NCBI GenBank assembly: GCA_023301565.1
Contig: JALZUO010000008.1
Location: 106,030 to 170,029 of the forward strand
DNA from: Oligoflexales bacterium
GTDB taxonomy: Bacteria; Bdellovibrionota_B; Oligoflexia; Oligoflexales; JALZUQ01
Direction of reading: 5' to 3'
Length of the DNA stretch: 64,000 bases
Numbering within the stretch: position 1 is the first letter of the stretch; the number at the start of each line of letters is the position of its first letter. The notes under the pieces were generated by a model that worked only from the letters and a program-made list of their open reading frames with translations, was not told the DNA's origin and did no database searches. This document shows positions 47,314 through 55,516 of this stretch, piece by piece. The position numbers were made by a program, and so were the translations under genes.

Positions 47314-47883
47314 ATGAAACAGAACTTGGCAAATCACATAGTCTCTACTCTTTCGGGACTAGTAAGAACAAATACAGGACTTTTGGTCTGGGCATTCTTT
47401 TTAGGTGCCTATGTATCTATGGGACTTTCTGCAAACAAGCCTGTAACAACTAGCGTAATGGCTCTTCCGGGTGGACCTGGCTCGCTACCTCCTATGAGTG
47501 AAGAATCGATTAGGCTGGCGATGGAGTACTTTCAAATAGAGCTTCCGGCAAACACAGCGATGCCAACGTTAGATATAAAGCTTAAATCAAGAGGCCTGAC
47601 TAGCCGCTCTTTGTTGAATACTTTAAATAAAGTGAGTATTGGACCTGAGGCTTTTATGAGTTGGGGTCTTCTTGCTTCTACAATTGCCCATGAAGTTGAT
47701 ATTCACTGTAAACAAAACCTTCTTTGGATCACGCTTCAAGAAATGGTTGGCATCAATGGAAGCGTAAAAGCTGAAATCGAAGCCTACAACTACGAGCTTT
47801 CAAATTCCAAAAAGTTTGGGCTGCGCGCTTTTGAAGTCCACAACATTCGCCGTTCGAGGGACTACTACTACCCAGCTATTTAA
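47314..47883 (+). CDS. Hypothetical membrane-anchored protein (189 aa)
   Basis: One N-terminal TM segment ('LLVWAFFLGAYVSMGL'). No family recognised. Confidence 0.5.
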   Translation: MKQNLANHIVSTLSGLVRTNTGLLVWAFFLGAYVSMGLSANKPVTTSVMALPGGPGSLPPMSEESIRLAMEYFQIELPANTAMPTLDIKLKSRGLTSRSLLNTLNKVSIGPEAFMSWGLLASTIAHEVDIHCKQNLLWITLQEMVGINGSVKAEIEAYNYELSNSKKFGLRAFEVHNIRRSRDYYYPAI

Positions 47884-47900
47884 GGTAGTCTTTACGGGTT

Positions 47901-47990
47901 TAGCCTTTTCACTTCGGCTGTCTTCTTTCACCTCCCTTCACCCACTTCCCTTAAAACCTCAAACTACAATCTGACCCAAAAATAATCACA
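47901..47990 (+). terminator. C-rich/G-poor tract downstream of the 47314 gene; candidate rut region
   Basis: Hand count gives 33 C and 5 G in 90 nt, and no G at all in 47921-47972. No hairpin/T-run terminator is visible here. Confidence 0.25.
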
Positions 47991-48226
47991 CATTCTTATA
48001 ATTTAAAAATGAACCTTCTTTGCTATGTGCTCGTCTAAATGCTACCTGGTCTGGTTTGAGCTATGGTGTTCAAGCCGTTGAAATGGGCACAACCTATGAA
48101 GGCTGCTGCGCTTTTGTATAGCGCCAAGCTGTAATGCTAGCCAGACATAAGGTAAAATGATGAACCGAAGTCCATCCTGAGACTGGCTTTGTAAAACGTA
48201 AAATACTTTTTTTGGAGAAATGAACA

Positions 48227-48856
48227 ATGAAAAATCAACTTATTTTAGTAAGCGCACTTGGCCTGGCCGTGGCATTTACGGGGTGTACAACTCCAGGAAA
48301 AAGAACGGCTATCGGTAGCGGTGCGGGCGCAGCTGTCGGAGCAGCGTTGGGTGCAGCTGTAAGTAAAGACAGAAAAAAAGGCGCGATTATCGGTGCTCTT
48401 TTAGGTGTTGCAACGGGCGGCACAATTGGAAATGTTTTGGATAAAAAAGCCAAAGAGCTTAGTCAGATTCCAGGTGTAGAAGCAACGCGCGAAGGCGATC
48501 AAATTGTTGCAAACCTGCCAGGAAGCATTCTTTTTTCTTCCAATAGCGACAGCTTGACAGTAGATGCACAGTCGACGATTCGAAGTGTTGCTGGAGTAGT
48601 AAATGACCCAAAGACTCCTGGCGCTTTCATTGAAGTTGTTGGACACACGGACAGTACGGGATCAGATGGCTACAACTTAGGTCTTTCGCAAAAAAGAGCT
48701 CGAAGCGTGATGCAGCAGCTTACTGCGAGCGGTGTTTCTGCTGGTGCAATCCGATCGAACGGAAAAGGTGAGATGAATCCGGTTGCTTCAAACGATACAT
48801 CTACAGGTCGCGAGCAAAATCGCCGTGTTGAAATGAAGATTAGATACAATCAGTAG
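48227..48856 (+). CDS. OmpA-family lipoprotein with an N-terminal glycine-zipper region
   Basis: Lipobox 'FTGC'. Gly-zipper 'GSGAGAAVGAALGAAV...GAIIGALLGVATGGTIG'. OmpA_C motif 'VVGHTDSTGSDGYNLGLSQKRARSV' and 'NRRVEM'. Confidence 0.88.
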   Translation: MKNQLILVSALGLAVAFTGCTTPGKRTAIGSGAGAAVGAALGAAVSKDRKKGAIIGALLGVATGGTIGNVLDKKAKELSQIPGVEATREGDQIVANLPGSILFSSNSDSLTVDAQSTIRSVAGVVNDPKTPGAFIEVVGHTDSTGSDGYNLGLSQKRARSVMQQLTASGVSAGAIRSNGKGEMNPVASNDTSTGREQNRRVEMKIRYNQ

Positions 48857-48877
48857 GCTCTGGATTTTGAGCTAAAG

Positions 48878-48907
48878 AAAAAGCCCATCAAGTTGATGGG
48901 CTTTTTT
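48878..48907. terminator. Bidirectional Rho-independent terminator between the OmpA-like gene and rpoZ
   Basis: aaaaa-gcccatca-agt-tgatgggc-tttttt: a perfect 8-bp GC-containing stem flanked by A5 and T6. Confidence 0.75.
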
Positions 48908-48924
48908 ATATTTTAATTTTTAAA

Positions 48925-49233
48925 TTATAGACGAGGTATGCTCGGTGGCATTTCAGGGATGCCTGGGTTTTGTGGGGGCCTAGCAGGCGGTTGTTGGGCT
49001 TTGATTTCTTCTTGAGTTCTTATTTCTTTTGATTTCTCAAACTCAGGAAGTGATGCCGTTGAGATATTTCCCTCTGCTACTTCACGCAGGGCAGTTACAA
49101 GCTCTTTGTTTCTGCATTTTACGGTCGATTCTTGGCCTTCTAAAAGTTGTCTCGCTCTGTGCGAGGCTACTCTCACCAAAGAAAATCTGTTTTGCATATG
49201 CTGTAAACAGTCTTCAATAGAAACGCGTGCCAT
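48925..49233 (-). CDS. rpoZ: DNA-directed RNA polymerase subunit omega
   Basis: 'MARVSIEDCLQHMQNRFSLVRVASHRARQL'. Pro-rich C-terminal tail. Confidence 0.9.
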   Translation of the reverse strand: MARVSIEDCLQHMQNRFSLVRVASHRARQLLEGQESTVKCRNKELVTALREVAEGNISTASLPEFEKSKEIRTQEEIKAQQPPARPPQNPGIPEMPPSIPRL

Positions 49234-49286
49234 CCATTACCCCTTTTTAGACCCGCCGAAGGTCATTTGGTTCATCGGCTTTTAGC

Positions 49287-49315
49287 CTTGAGGGGGTTAA
49301 TCCTACTCCCTCAAG
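49287..49315. repeat. 8-bp perfect inverted repeat (cttgaggg ... ccctcaag) in the rpoZ / 49436 divergent region
   Basis: Read directly: arms at 49287-49294 and 49308-49315 with a 13-nt loop. There is no adjacent T-run on either strand. Confidence 0.6.
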
Positions 49316-49435
49316 CCTTTGAAGATAGCGAAATCATTGACTTCATGCAAGAGGGTCTATAAGCAGCTAATAATATTAGAAAGAAAGAGCTGGTCAAAAA
49401 GTAGGCAGTTTAGTATACCTATAGGACTTTAAAAA

Positions 49436-50830
49436 ATGGAGTCCGAAATCAACAGATCGCACACATATTTTTGTCCGTTCCAAGCAAGCGTTCAATCTCT
49501 TGTTTTTGGTTCATTGTTTTTGCTCTTTGGTTGCGGCGTGCAAGAGCCGCTCGAAAACGAGTATACTTACTTTCACCCTTACTACGAAACAAATAAGCGT
49601 CCTTTATTTATAAGTTCGGTTGGTTTGGTCAATTGTAGCCAAGAGGTAAAAGAAAGTTACGCTGTCGATCGATTTACTTATATGCCTGAATACCAACGCG
49701 AATGTGAAAAGATTACCCAAGGTGTCGGTGGAATGAGTTGCTTTAACAGCTCTAGAAATAATGGTTATCAAAGGTTGTCGAAGGGTCAAAATATTGAAGT
49801 GTGTGCACATGCGCAAAGTAATCCCCGTGAGAACAGTGCCGAGCAAATAGCTTTTGAAATTGGGCGAGTGTTAGATAGCTCAGCCAAAAATCTTCAGCAG
49901 ATAACCGGTCGAAAAGAATCTGAGGTTCCACGTGTAAACGTTGAGATAGCTCCTAATTATCGCAGCGTAGAGCTTTCGCCAGAAAAAGAGCAAAACGGAA
50001 GATTCCCCGCGCATTACATGTTGAACAACATGGCCTATTTTTACCAAACCAACACCATAGCTGTTTTTGCACCTTCGGCTAGGTTGCCGACGATGCTTTG
50101 GAAGCATGACTTCCCTGGCTCTCACGAGTACGGTCACGCCATTGAGTACAATGATGTTCGTGATGGTCTGTGCGAGGATGAACCGGTCCGAGGCAAACAG
50201 TATTTTTCTGGTCACCCTAATTACGACACAGTGAAAGAGCTTTGCAAAGGGGTTCGGGAAGCCGTAGCAGATTTTTATGGAATATTTCTAAGCAATAAAC
50301 CCGTACACGGTATAGACTCTCTTGTCCGTTACGGGTATGGCCGTAACCCTTTTCGGTTTAATTACTTTAAGGGCTATAAAGCATCAAATGGTCAGCGGCA
50401 AGCTTCAATTAAAAAAACATTCAACAGAAAACGCATGCATAGCTACCTTACAACAGAAGAAACATCTCGGACACAAGGCAACCCTGTGATTCGTGATTCT
50501 CACTTTTTAGGAAGCGTATTTGCGCACCATTGGTTAAATGCAATTTTAGCCGCTTCTCAGAAATCTAATACTTCCTCTACGGCTGACCTTGCAAGTTGGG
50601 TGGTTCCCATAACAGAGGACTTTACTCGCATATTGGCAAAGAAAATGAGAAAGACTCACCTAGGTCATAGCCCAGAAATTAGAGCTACAGCCTATATCCG
50701 GATGGTTAATGATAGCTTTGCAGGCGCCATCACTCGGCACCAGTCAAAGGTACTGGGACCGAATGTTCAAACCCGTAACAGCAAAAACTTTACATACCTT
50801 ATGATAGCCAGGGGGTTCACAGGTATTTGA
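49436..50830 (+). CDS. Lipoprotein with a single HExxH zinc-metalloprotease motif (464 aa)
   Basis: Lipobox 'LLFGC' and 'FPGSHEYGHAIEYND'. Several Cys. I recognise no further family. Confidence 0.5.
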   Translation: MESEINRSHTYFCPFQASVQSLVFGSLFLLFGCGVQEPLENEYTYFHPYYETNKRPLFISSVGLVNCSQEVKESYAVDRFTYMPEYQRECEKITQGVGGMSCFNSSRNNGYQRLSKGQNIEVCAHAQSNPRENSAEQIAFEIGRVLDSSAKNLQQITGRKESEVPRVNVEIAPNYRSVELSPEKEQNGRFPAHYMLNNMAYFYQTNTIAVFAPSARLPTMLWKHDFPGSHEYGHAIEYNDVRDGLCEDEPVRGKQYFSGHPNYDTVKELCKGVREAVADFYGIFLSNKPVHGIDSLVRYGYGRNPFRFNYFKGYKASNGQRQASIKKTFNRKRMHSYLTTEETSRTQGNPVIRDSHFLGSVFAHHWLNAILAASQKSNTSSTADLASWVVPITEDFTRILAKKMRKTHLGHSPEIRATAYIRMVNDSFAGAITRHQSKVLGPNVQTRNSKNFTYLMIARGFTGI

Positions 50831-50906
50831 GTTTTTTCTTGGTTTCTTTTGCTCACTCTGAAATCATTTAGAAAATTCGCTATAATAGACTAAAAGTTGG
50901 AGAAGC

Positions 50907-52619
50907 TTGGTCGTGCGAATAAATGCAGTAGTGATAGCAATATTTTACCTTTTTAGCGCCGTTGTTGTACTGGATGTAGCCCAGGCTGGTCCTTTTGCTG
51001 AGGGTTTGAAAAAGTATGAAGGTGAGTTTTACGGCGAGGCCTACCAAAGGTTTTTAGATGCTGCAGCTATTAACCCGCAAGACAATCGAATTAAATTCTA
51101 TCTGGCCCGTACAGCTTACAAACTAAAAAGAGACGGTGAAGCCCTTAAGTACTTTTCGAAAGTACCTAAAAGCCAGATGACCCCTGACTCGCACTATGAG
51201 TTTGGCCAATCACTTTTGAAAGTGGGTAACTACGGCCCAGCTTACCAGCACTTTACCGAGGTGCCAAAAGGTCATCCTTTGGCGGATCTTGCTAGTTACT
51301 TTGCCGGGTTTTGTGCGGTCAAGAGTAGAAAATACCCGCTAGCAGAAAAGAAGTTCAATGAAGCAGTTATTTTACCTGCAAAACTAGCCGAGCGGCGTAA
51401 GATGTACCTTCAAAGGCTGCAAAAGATTAGCAAGGCTGCGTCGAGCCGAAAAAAAACAACTATAAAACCAAATATAGCAGAAAATCAACAAGCTGTTTCA
51501 AGCAAGCGTCTAACAGTACGTAAAAAAAGACAGATTGATCGGATCATAAAACAAACCTCCAGCATAGCTCCGGCCTATAAACACAAAGGTTATGAGGCTT
51601 ACAAAAAGAAAGCAGTTTTTGGTATAGACTATGCTCAGCAAAACAGTGACTTTCACGGTGCGCAGAGCAGCGAAGTTAAATACCAGACAGTTTATTTTGA
51701 TTTTCGCAACGGGTTCGAAGGTAACAGAAAAACTAAATTCAAGAACCAACACATGGTTTATGGCGCTCAAATAGAGGCGAAGGCCGAAACTAGAAGTAGC
51801 GATGGTGAAGAGCAAAGAAACATCGTTTTTGAAGAGGGAAGCGACAGGTTTCGAACCACAGCGAACCCCTTTTCTGGCAATGGGCGGACAAACAACCTAG
51901 TAGCAAAGTTTAGGCCGTATTTGGAAGTCCCAGTAGGTGAAGATCTTTGGCTTGGGTTTTCTGCTTATTATACCCGTAATGCCATTGATATAGATTTTGG
52001 CGAAGGTGGTGGTGATCATGGCTTTTACTTAAATGGTTACCTCAACCGAGGTGCGTTTGCACTGGGTATAAAAGGGGACTTTGATTTCACCAGAAACTCT
52101 AGCCATGATCAAATGTCTAGAAGTACCGCGGCTGAGGTTTACAGTGATGTTAAGCTTGGTGCAGATACAACCCTTTCTCCGTCAATAAAATACCAAAGCT
52201 TTGTCTATCGGGTAACTCAAGACGAAGGTGGAAACAATGTATTTATCGCAGGCCCGGATTCGGCAGTAGTTGGAGTGTTAGAATTAGAGCAAAGGTTCCC
52301 GCTTGGAATTAGTTTGGCAGGTGAGCTAGTAGGGTCGTATAAAGATAACTATGTGACGAGGGTCTCTGCATCCCAAGCACCGATTTTGACGCGCGACACA
52401 GAGTTTTCAGCTAGCGCAGCTGGGCTTGCACTAAAAGCTAGTCTAGAAGCTTCGCCTATAAAGTGGCTGACCATAAATGCAGAGTATTCTTATGCATTTG
52501 ATCGTTACAGTGTCGATGACCCAGAAGAGTTTCCAAATAAAGTAAATATTTATGAAGATTTTACGCCAAACATCATCAGTGGTTTTATGTTTGGAGTAGG
52601 CGTGAATTTGCTGTTTTAG
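50907..52619 (+). CDS. Outer-membrane protein: N-terminal TPR-like repeats + basic linker + C-terminal beta-barrel-like domain
   Basis: Signal peptide. TPR-like helices ('YGEAYQRFLDAAAINPQDNRIKFYLARTAYKLKRDGEALKYF'). K/R-rich linker. Beta-rich C-terminal half ending 'FMFGVGVNLLF' (OMP terminal Phe). The start is either 50907 or the GTG at 50913. Confidence 0.6.
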   Translation: MVVRINAVVIAIFYLFSAVVVLDVAQAGPFAEGLKKYEGEFYGEAYQRFLDAAAINPQDNRIKFYLARTAYKLKRDGEALKYFSKVPKSQMTPDSHYEFGQSLLKVGNYGPAYQHFTEVPKGHPLADLASYFAGFCAVKSRKYPLAEKKFNEAVILPAKLAERRKMYLQRLQKISKAASSRKKTTIKPNIAENQQAVSSKRLTVRKKRQIDRIIKQTSSIAPAYKHKGYEAYKKKAVFGIDYAQQNSDFHGAQSSEVKYQTVYFDFRNGFEGNRKTKFKNQHMVYGAQIEAKAETRSSDGEEQRNIVFEEGSDRFRTTANPFSGNGRTNNLVAKFRPYLEVPVGEDLWLGFSAYYTRNAIDIDFGEGGGDHGFYLNGYLNRGAFALGIKGDFDFTRNSSHDQMSRSTAAEVYSDVKLGADTTLSPSIKYQSFVYRVTQDEGGNNVFIAGPDSAVVGVLELEQRFPLGISLAGELVGSYKDNYVTRVSASQAPILTRDTEFSASAAGLALKASLEASPIKWLTINAEYSYAFDRYSVDDPEEFPNKVNIYEDFTPNIISGFMFGVGVNLLF

Positions 52620-52636
52620 GTTTTAAGGAGTTGTAT

Positions 52637-53002
52637 ATGACGATTTTTAAAGAGTGGATCGAAGATCACGCCGAGTCTGAGCTCAGCGCGAGGTTTCCTG
52701 CTCCGGCAGGGTTTCGCAAGCAAAAGCCATACATGGTTTTGCCCAAAGGACAAAATGAGTTTACCTTTGTGATCCGAAACCGCCGCTTTGCTATCACACA
52801 GCTTGACGGAAACCTTGAAGTTAATACGGTAGATGACCCTGCGAAGAATCAAAAGTGGACGCTAAGCCAAAACTGGCTAAATGAGAACGTCGCGGATCAG
52901 CAAGACGGAAGCGAGCTTTTGGAGCAAGAAATTCTCCATAAAATACCTGTAGCTTCTGCATATCGGCAGATTTTTCAGTGGATGTTGCAAGGCGTGGACT
53001 AG
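52637..53002 (+). CDS. Hypothetical small acidic protein (121 aa)
   Basis: ATG 6 nt after aaggag, and 17 nt after the stop of the TPR/barrel gene. No signal peptide and no family recognised. Confidence 0.5.
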   Translation: MTIFKEWIEDHAESELSARFPAPAGFRKQKPYMVLPKGQNEFTFVIRNRRFAITQLDGNLEVNTVDDPAKNQKWTLSQNWLNENVADQQDGSELLEQEILHKIPVASAYRQIFQWMLQGVD

Positions 53003-53008
53003 CCAGGT

Positions 53009-53296
53009 TTAGCTGACCTGACCGCCGCATTTTTCAATCATTTGACAGATTTTATCCGTCACTTCATCTTTGAACATGCGGTGGGCAAAGGCTATTTTTT
53101 CAGAAGACAGCGCAAAACCTCCTTCATCGTCCTTGGCGAATTCCAGGGTGGATGTGCCAAGCTTAGATATGGTGACCACAATGCCCTCGTCTTTTTCTTG
53201 GATAGACACCATTTCGCCGAGCTTGCGGCCAGAAAGGTTTTCTTCCATAATTTCTATAACTTCTTTGGTGTTTTTTTCAGGGAACTTAAATTTCAT
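53009..53296 (-). CDS. Hypothetical small protein (95 aa), translationally coupled to purC
   Basis: Its ATG overlaps the purC stop (ATGA, 53293-53296). Sequence 'MKFKFPEKNTKEVIEIMEE...'. It does not match the PurS pattern as I remember it. Confidence 0.5.
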   Translation of the reverse strand: MKFKFPEKNTKEVIEIMEENLSGRKLGEMVSIQEKDEGIVVTISKLGTSTLEFAKDDEGGFALSSEKIAFAHRMFKDEVTDKICQMIEKCGGQVS

Positions 53297-54306
53297 AGCT
53301 TCTCCATGTTTTTGTTTATAGATTGAGCCCAGCTAGACTCTTCCCAGGAGCCTTCTAAATAAAGCTTCTGGCCAGATAGTTTTTCATATATTTCTAGGTA
53401 ATTATAAACTAGCTCTAGCTTTTTCTTTATCGGAATCTCTGGGACTTCTCCATCGCCCATATAGCCTTGTTCCATTAAAAAACGCCGCAATACTTCTTTG
53501 TCAAACATCTCTGGTGCTTGTCCGTTGTTCAACCGTTCTGCGTAGCTTGATGACTTCCACAGCCTTGATGAGTCTGGCGTGTGGACCTCATCGATTAGGA
53601 TTATTTGGCCATTTTGATCAAGTCCAAACTCATATTTTGTGTCTACTAAAATCCAGCCGATCTCGTCATACTTGGTGGTGCCGATAGAAAACAGCTCAAG
53701 TGCAAGTGAGTTGATCTTGTCCCACTGGGCTGAGGATGCAAGCCCTTTTGCCAAAATTTCATCTGGCGTAATATTTTCATCGTGGCTATAAGTCTCCGCC
53801 TTTGTGCTTGGGGTTACGATCGGCTTATCAAGCTTTGCAAAGTTCTTGATCCCTTCAGGCAGCTTGTTTCCACAAATTACGCGTTCACCTGCATGGTAAG
53901 AACGCCACATGGAGCCTGCCATGTACCCTCGCACGATCACTTCCAACTTAAATGGTGTTGCAGATTTGACCTCTAACACTCTTTGGTGTGGTGACGCTAT
54001 ATAATGGTTTTTTACTTCAGTTTCGATAGATTTAAACCAGTATTTACTGAGCTGTGAAAGAATGATTCCTTTTCCTGGGATATGGCATATGTGTTTGTCA
54101 AAGGCGCTTAGTCTATCGGTATGGAGCATATAGGTGCTCGATGTGGTGCGAACCATTTCACGTACTTTTCCAGAATAAAGTGAGAGTTTGCCAAGGCTAA
54201 GTTTGTTTTTTTGCCTCTCTGTCAGCCACTCCAACGAGAGCTCTTTTGGCGCAGGTGTTCCATCTTCCATGTTTTTATAGATGTCTTTAAGGTTTTGCTG
54301 CTTCAT
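53293..54306 (-). CDS. purC: Phosphoribosylaminoimidazole-succinocarboxamide (SAICAR) synthase, long form
   Basis: 'LHTDRLSAFDKHICHIPGKGIILSQLSKYWF', 'LEVIVRGYMAGS' and 'LVDTKYEFG'. I place the start at 54306 ('MKQQNLKD'), 7 nt after the rodA stop. The track start at 54399 would overlap rodA. Confidence 0.85.
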   Translation of the reverse strand: MKQQNLKDIYKNMEDGTPAPKELSLEWLTERQKNKLSLGKLSLYSGKVREMVRTTSSTYMLHTDRLSAFDKHICHIPGKGIILSQLSKYWFKSIETEVKNHYIASPHQRVLEVKSATPFKLEVIVRGYMAGSMWRSYHAGERVICGNKLPEGIKNFAKLDKPIVTPSTKAETYSHDENITPDEILAKGLASSAQWDKINSLALELFSIGTTKYDEIGWILVDTKYEFGLDQNGQIILIDEVHTPDSSRLWKSSSYAERLNNGQAPEMFDKEVLRRFLMEQGYMGDGEVPEIPIKKKLELVYNYLEIYEKLSGQKLYLEGSWEESSWAQSINKNMEKL

Positions 54307-54313
54307 CTGTTTT

Positions 54314-55516
54314 TTACCTTGACTCTGCATCCATAGAGTACAAATTACTTGTACCCATTGCGCTAGTTGATATTGGTTTGAGCTCTCGACTAATCGCAAC
54401 TAAGCACCCCATAGCAAAGCTATAGACTAGTAACGACGTACCGCCTTTGGTGAAAAAGGGCAGGGGTATTCCAACCACGGGAAACCAGCCGAGAATCATG
54501 GCAAGGTTGATGACAATCTGTAGAAAGAAAAGTGCACCAAATCCGATGGCGAGAAAACTCAGAAAGTTATCCCGAAATTTTTTAGCTAGGCTAAGAGATG
54601 CATAGATCAAAACGAAGTATAAAAATAAAATACCAAGAACAGCGAGAAACCCGTTTTCTTCGGCAAAGACACTCATGACAAAGTCCGTGTGCCTTGCAGG
54701 TAGAAACTCTAGCTGAGTTTGGCTGCCTTCGAGCCAACCTTTGCCAAACCAGCCGCCGCTTCCGACGGCAATCAAAGACTGGTGGATGTTGTAGCCAGAC
54801 CCAAAAGGATCCCTTTCAGGGTTTAAAAAGTTAAGGATACGAAGCTTCTGGTAGTCTCTGAGTAAAAAAGCCCAACCAATTAAGGCTGAAACAGCACTGC
54901 CAGCCATCAGATAGTAAAGGCTTGAGCGTTCGACTCTAAGGAAAGAAAGCTGCACACAACCAATCATCAAACACACAGCGGCAGTACCTAGATCTGGCTC
55001 TACAACCACCAAACCAAACAAAAGAAGCAGGTGACCAGCAATAGGAAAAAGCTCCCAAAGTTTATAGGCCTGAATTCTTCTGTAGGAGGACGCAAAATGT
55101 GCAACCAAAAAAATAACAGCAATCTTTGCCATCTCGGAAGGCTGTAAATAGAAAAAGCCTAAATGGATCCATCGTTTTGATCCTTTGAGCTCAATCCCTA
55201 TCAGCAATACAAGGGCCAGCAGAATGCAGACGACCCAAAAACCGGCAAGGCTCAGTCCACGCAGATAAGAGACTCGAAGAAAAAAGCTTGTTCCTAAAAA
55301 AACGCCTATAGCTAGAACCAGATGTTTTGCGTGAGACTGGAAATAAGTAGAATCCATCGTTGCGCTGTATAGGTTGAGTGTGCCACAGGTTACAAGTATT
55401 AGGTAAAGCGCTGCAAACAGAATTGCGTAGCCACGGGCGTGGTTAACCACACCTGTTTTGAGTGAAGAGCCGATACCTGTATAAACATGCGTTTTGTTCG
55501 TTTCTTCAATCAGCAT
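54314..55516 (-). CDS. rodA: Rod-shape-determining protein RodA (SEDS family)
   Basis: 10-TM FtsW/RodA/SpoVE-type protein with 'PSEMAKIAVIF', 'EPDLGTA', 'TDFVMSVFAEENGF' and 'GIPLPFFTKGGTS'. Sits directly after mrdA. Confidence 0.9.
   Translation of the reverse strand: MLIEETNKTHVYTGIGSSLKTGVVNHARGYAILFAALYLILVTCGTLNLYSATMDSTYFQSHAKHLVLAIGVFLGTSFFLRVSYLRGLSLAGFWVVCILLALVLLIGIELKGSKRWIHLGFFYLQPSEMAKIAVIFLVAHFASSYRRIQAYKLWELFPIAGHLLLLFGLVVVEPDLGTAAVCLMIGCVQLSFLRVERSSLYYLMAGSAVSALIGWAFLLRDYQKLRILNFLNPERDPFGSGYNIHQSLIAVGSGGWFGKGWLEGSQTQLEFLPARHTDFVMSVFAEENGFLAVLGILFLYFVLIYASLSLAKKFRDNFLSFLAIGFGALFFLQIVINLAMILGWFPVVGIPLPFFTKGGTSLLVYSFAMGCLVAISRELKPISTSAMGTSNLYSMDAESR

Noticed and set aside
47314-47883. 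'AHEVDIH' in the 189-aa membrane protein, read as a metalloprotease motif
   Set aside because: The spacing is HExxxH, not HExxH, and there is no third ligand context that I recognise. That is insufficient to call a peptidase.
48043-48154. Long-range complementarity (tacct-g-gtctgg ... ccagac-ata-aggta) enclosing ~86 nt upstream of the OmpA-like gene; considered as a structured leader or sRNA
   Set aside because: There are only 11 interrupted base pairs. I could find just one weak 5-bp internal hairpin (gcgct/agcgc) inside, and no resemblance to any riboswitch or sRNA class I know. I cannot distinguish it from chance without covariation data.
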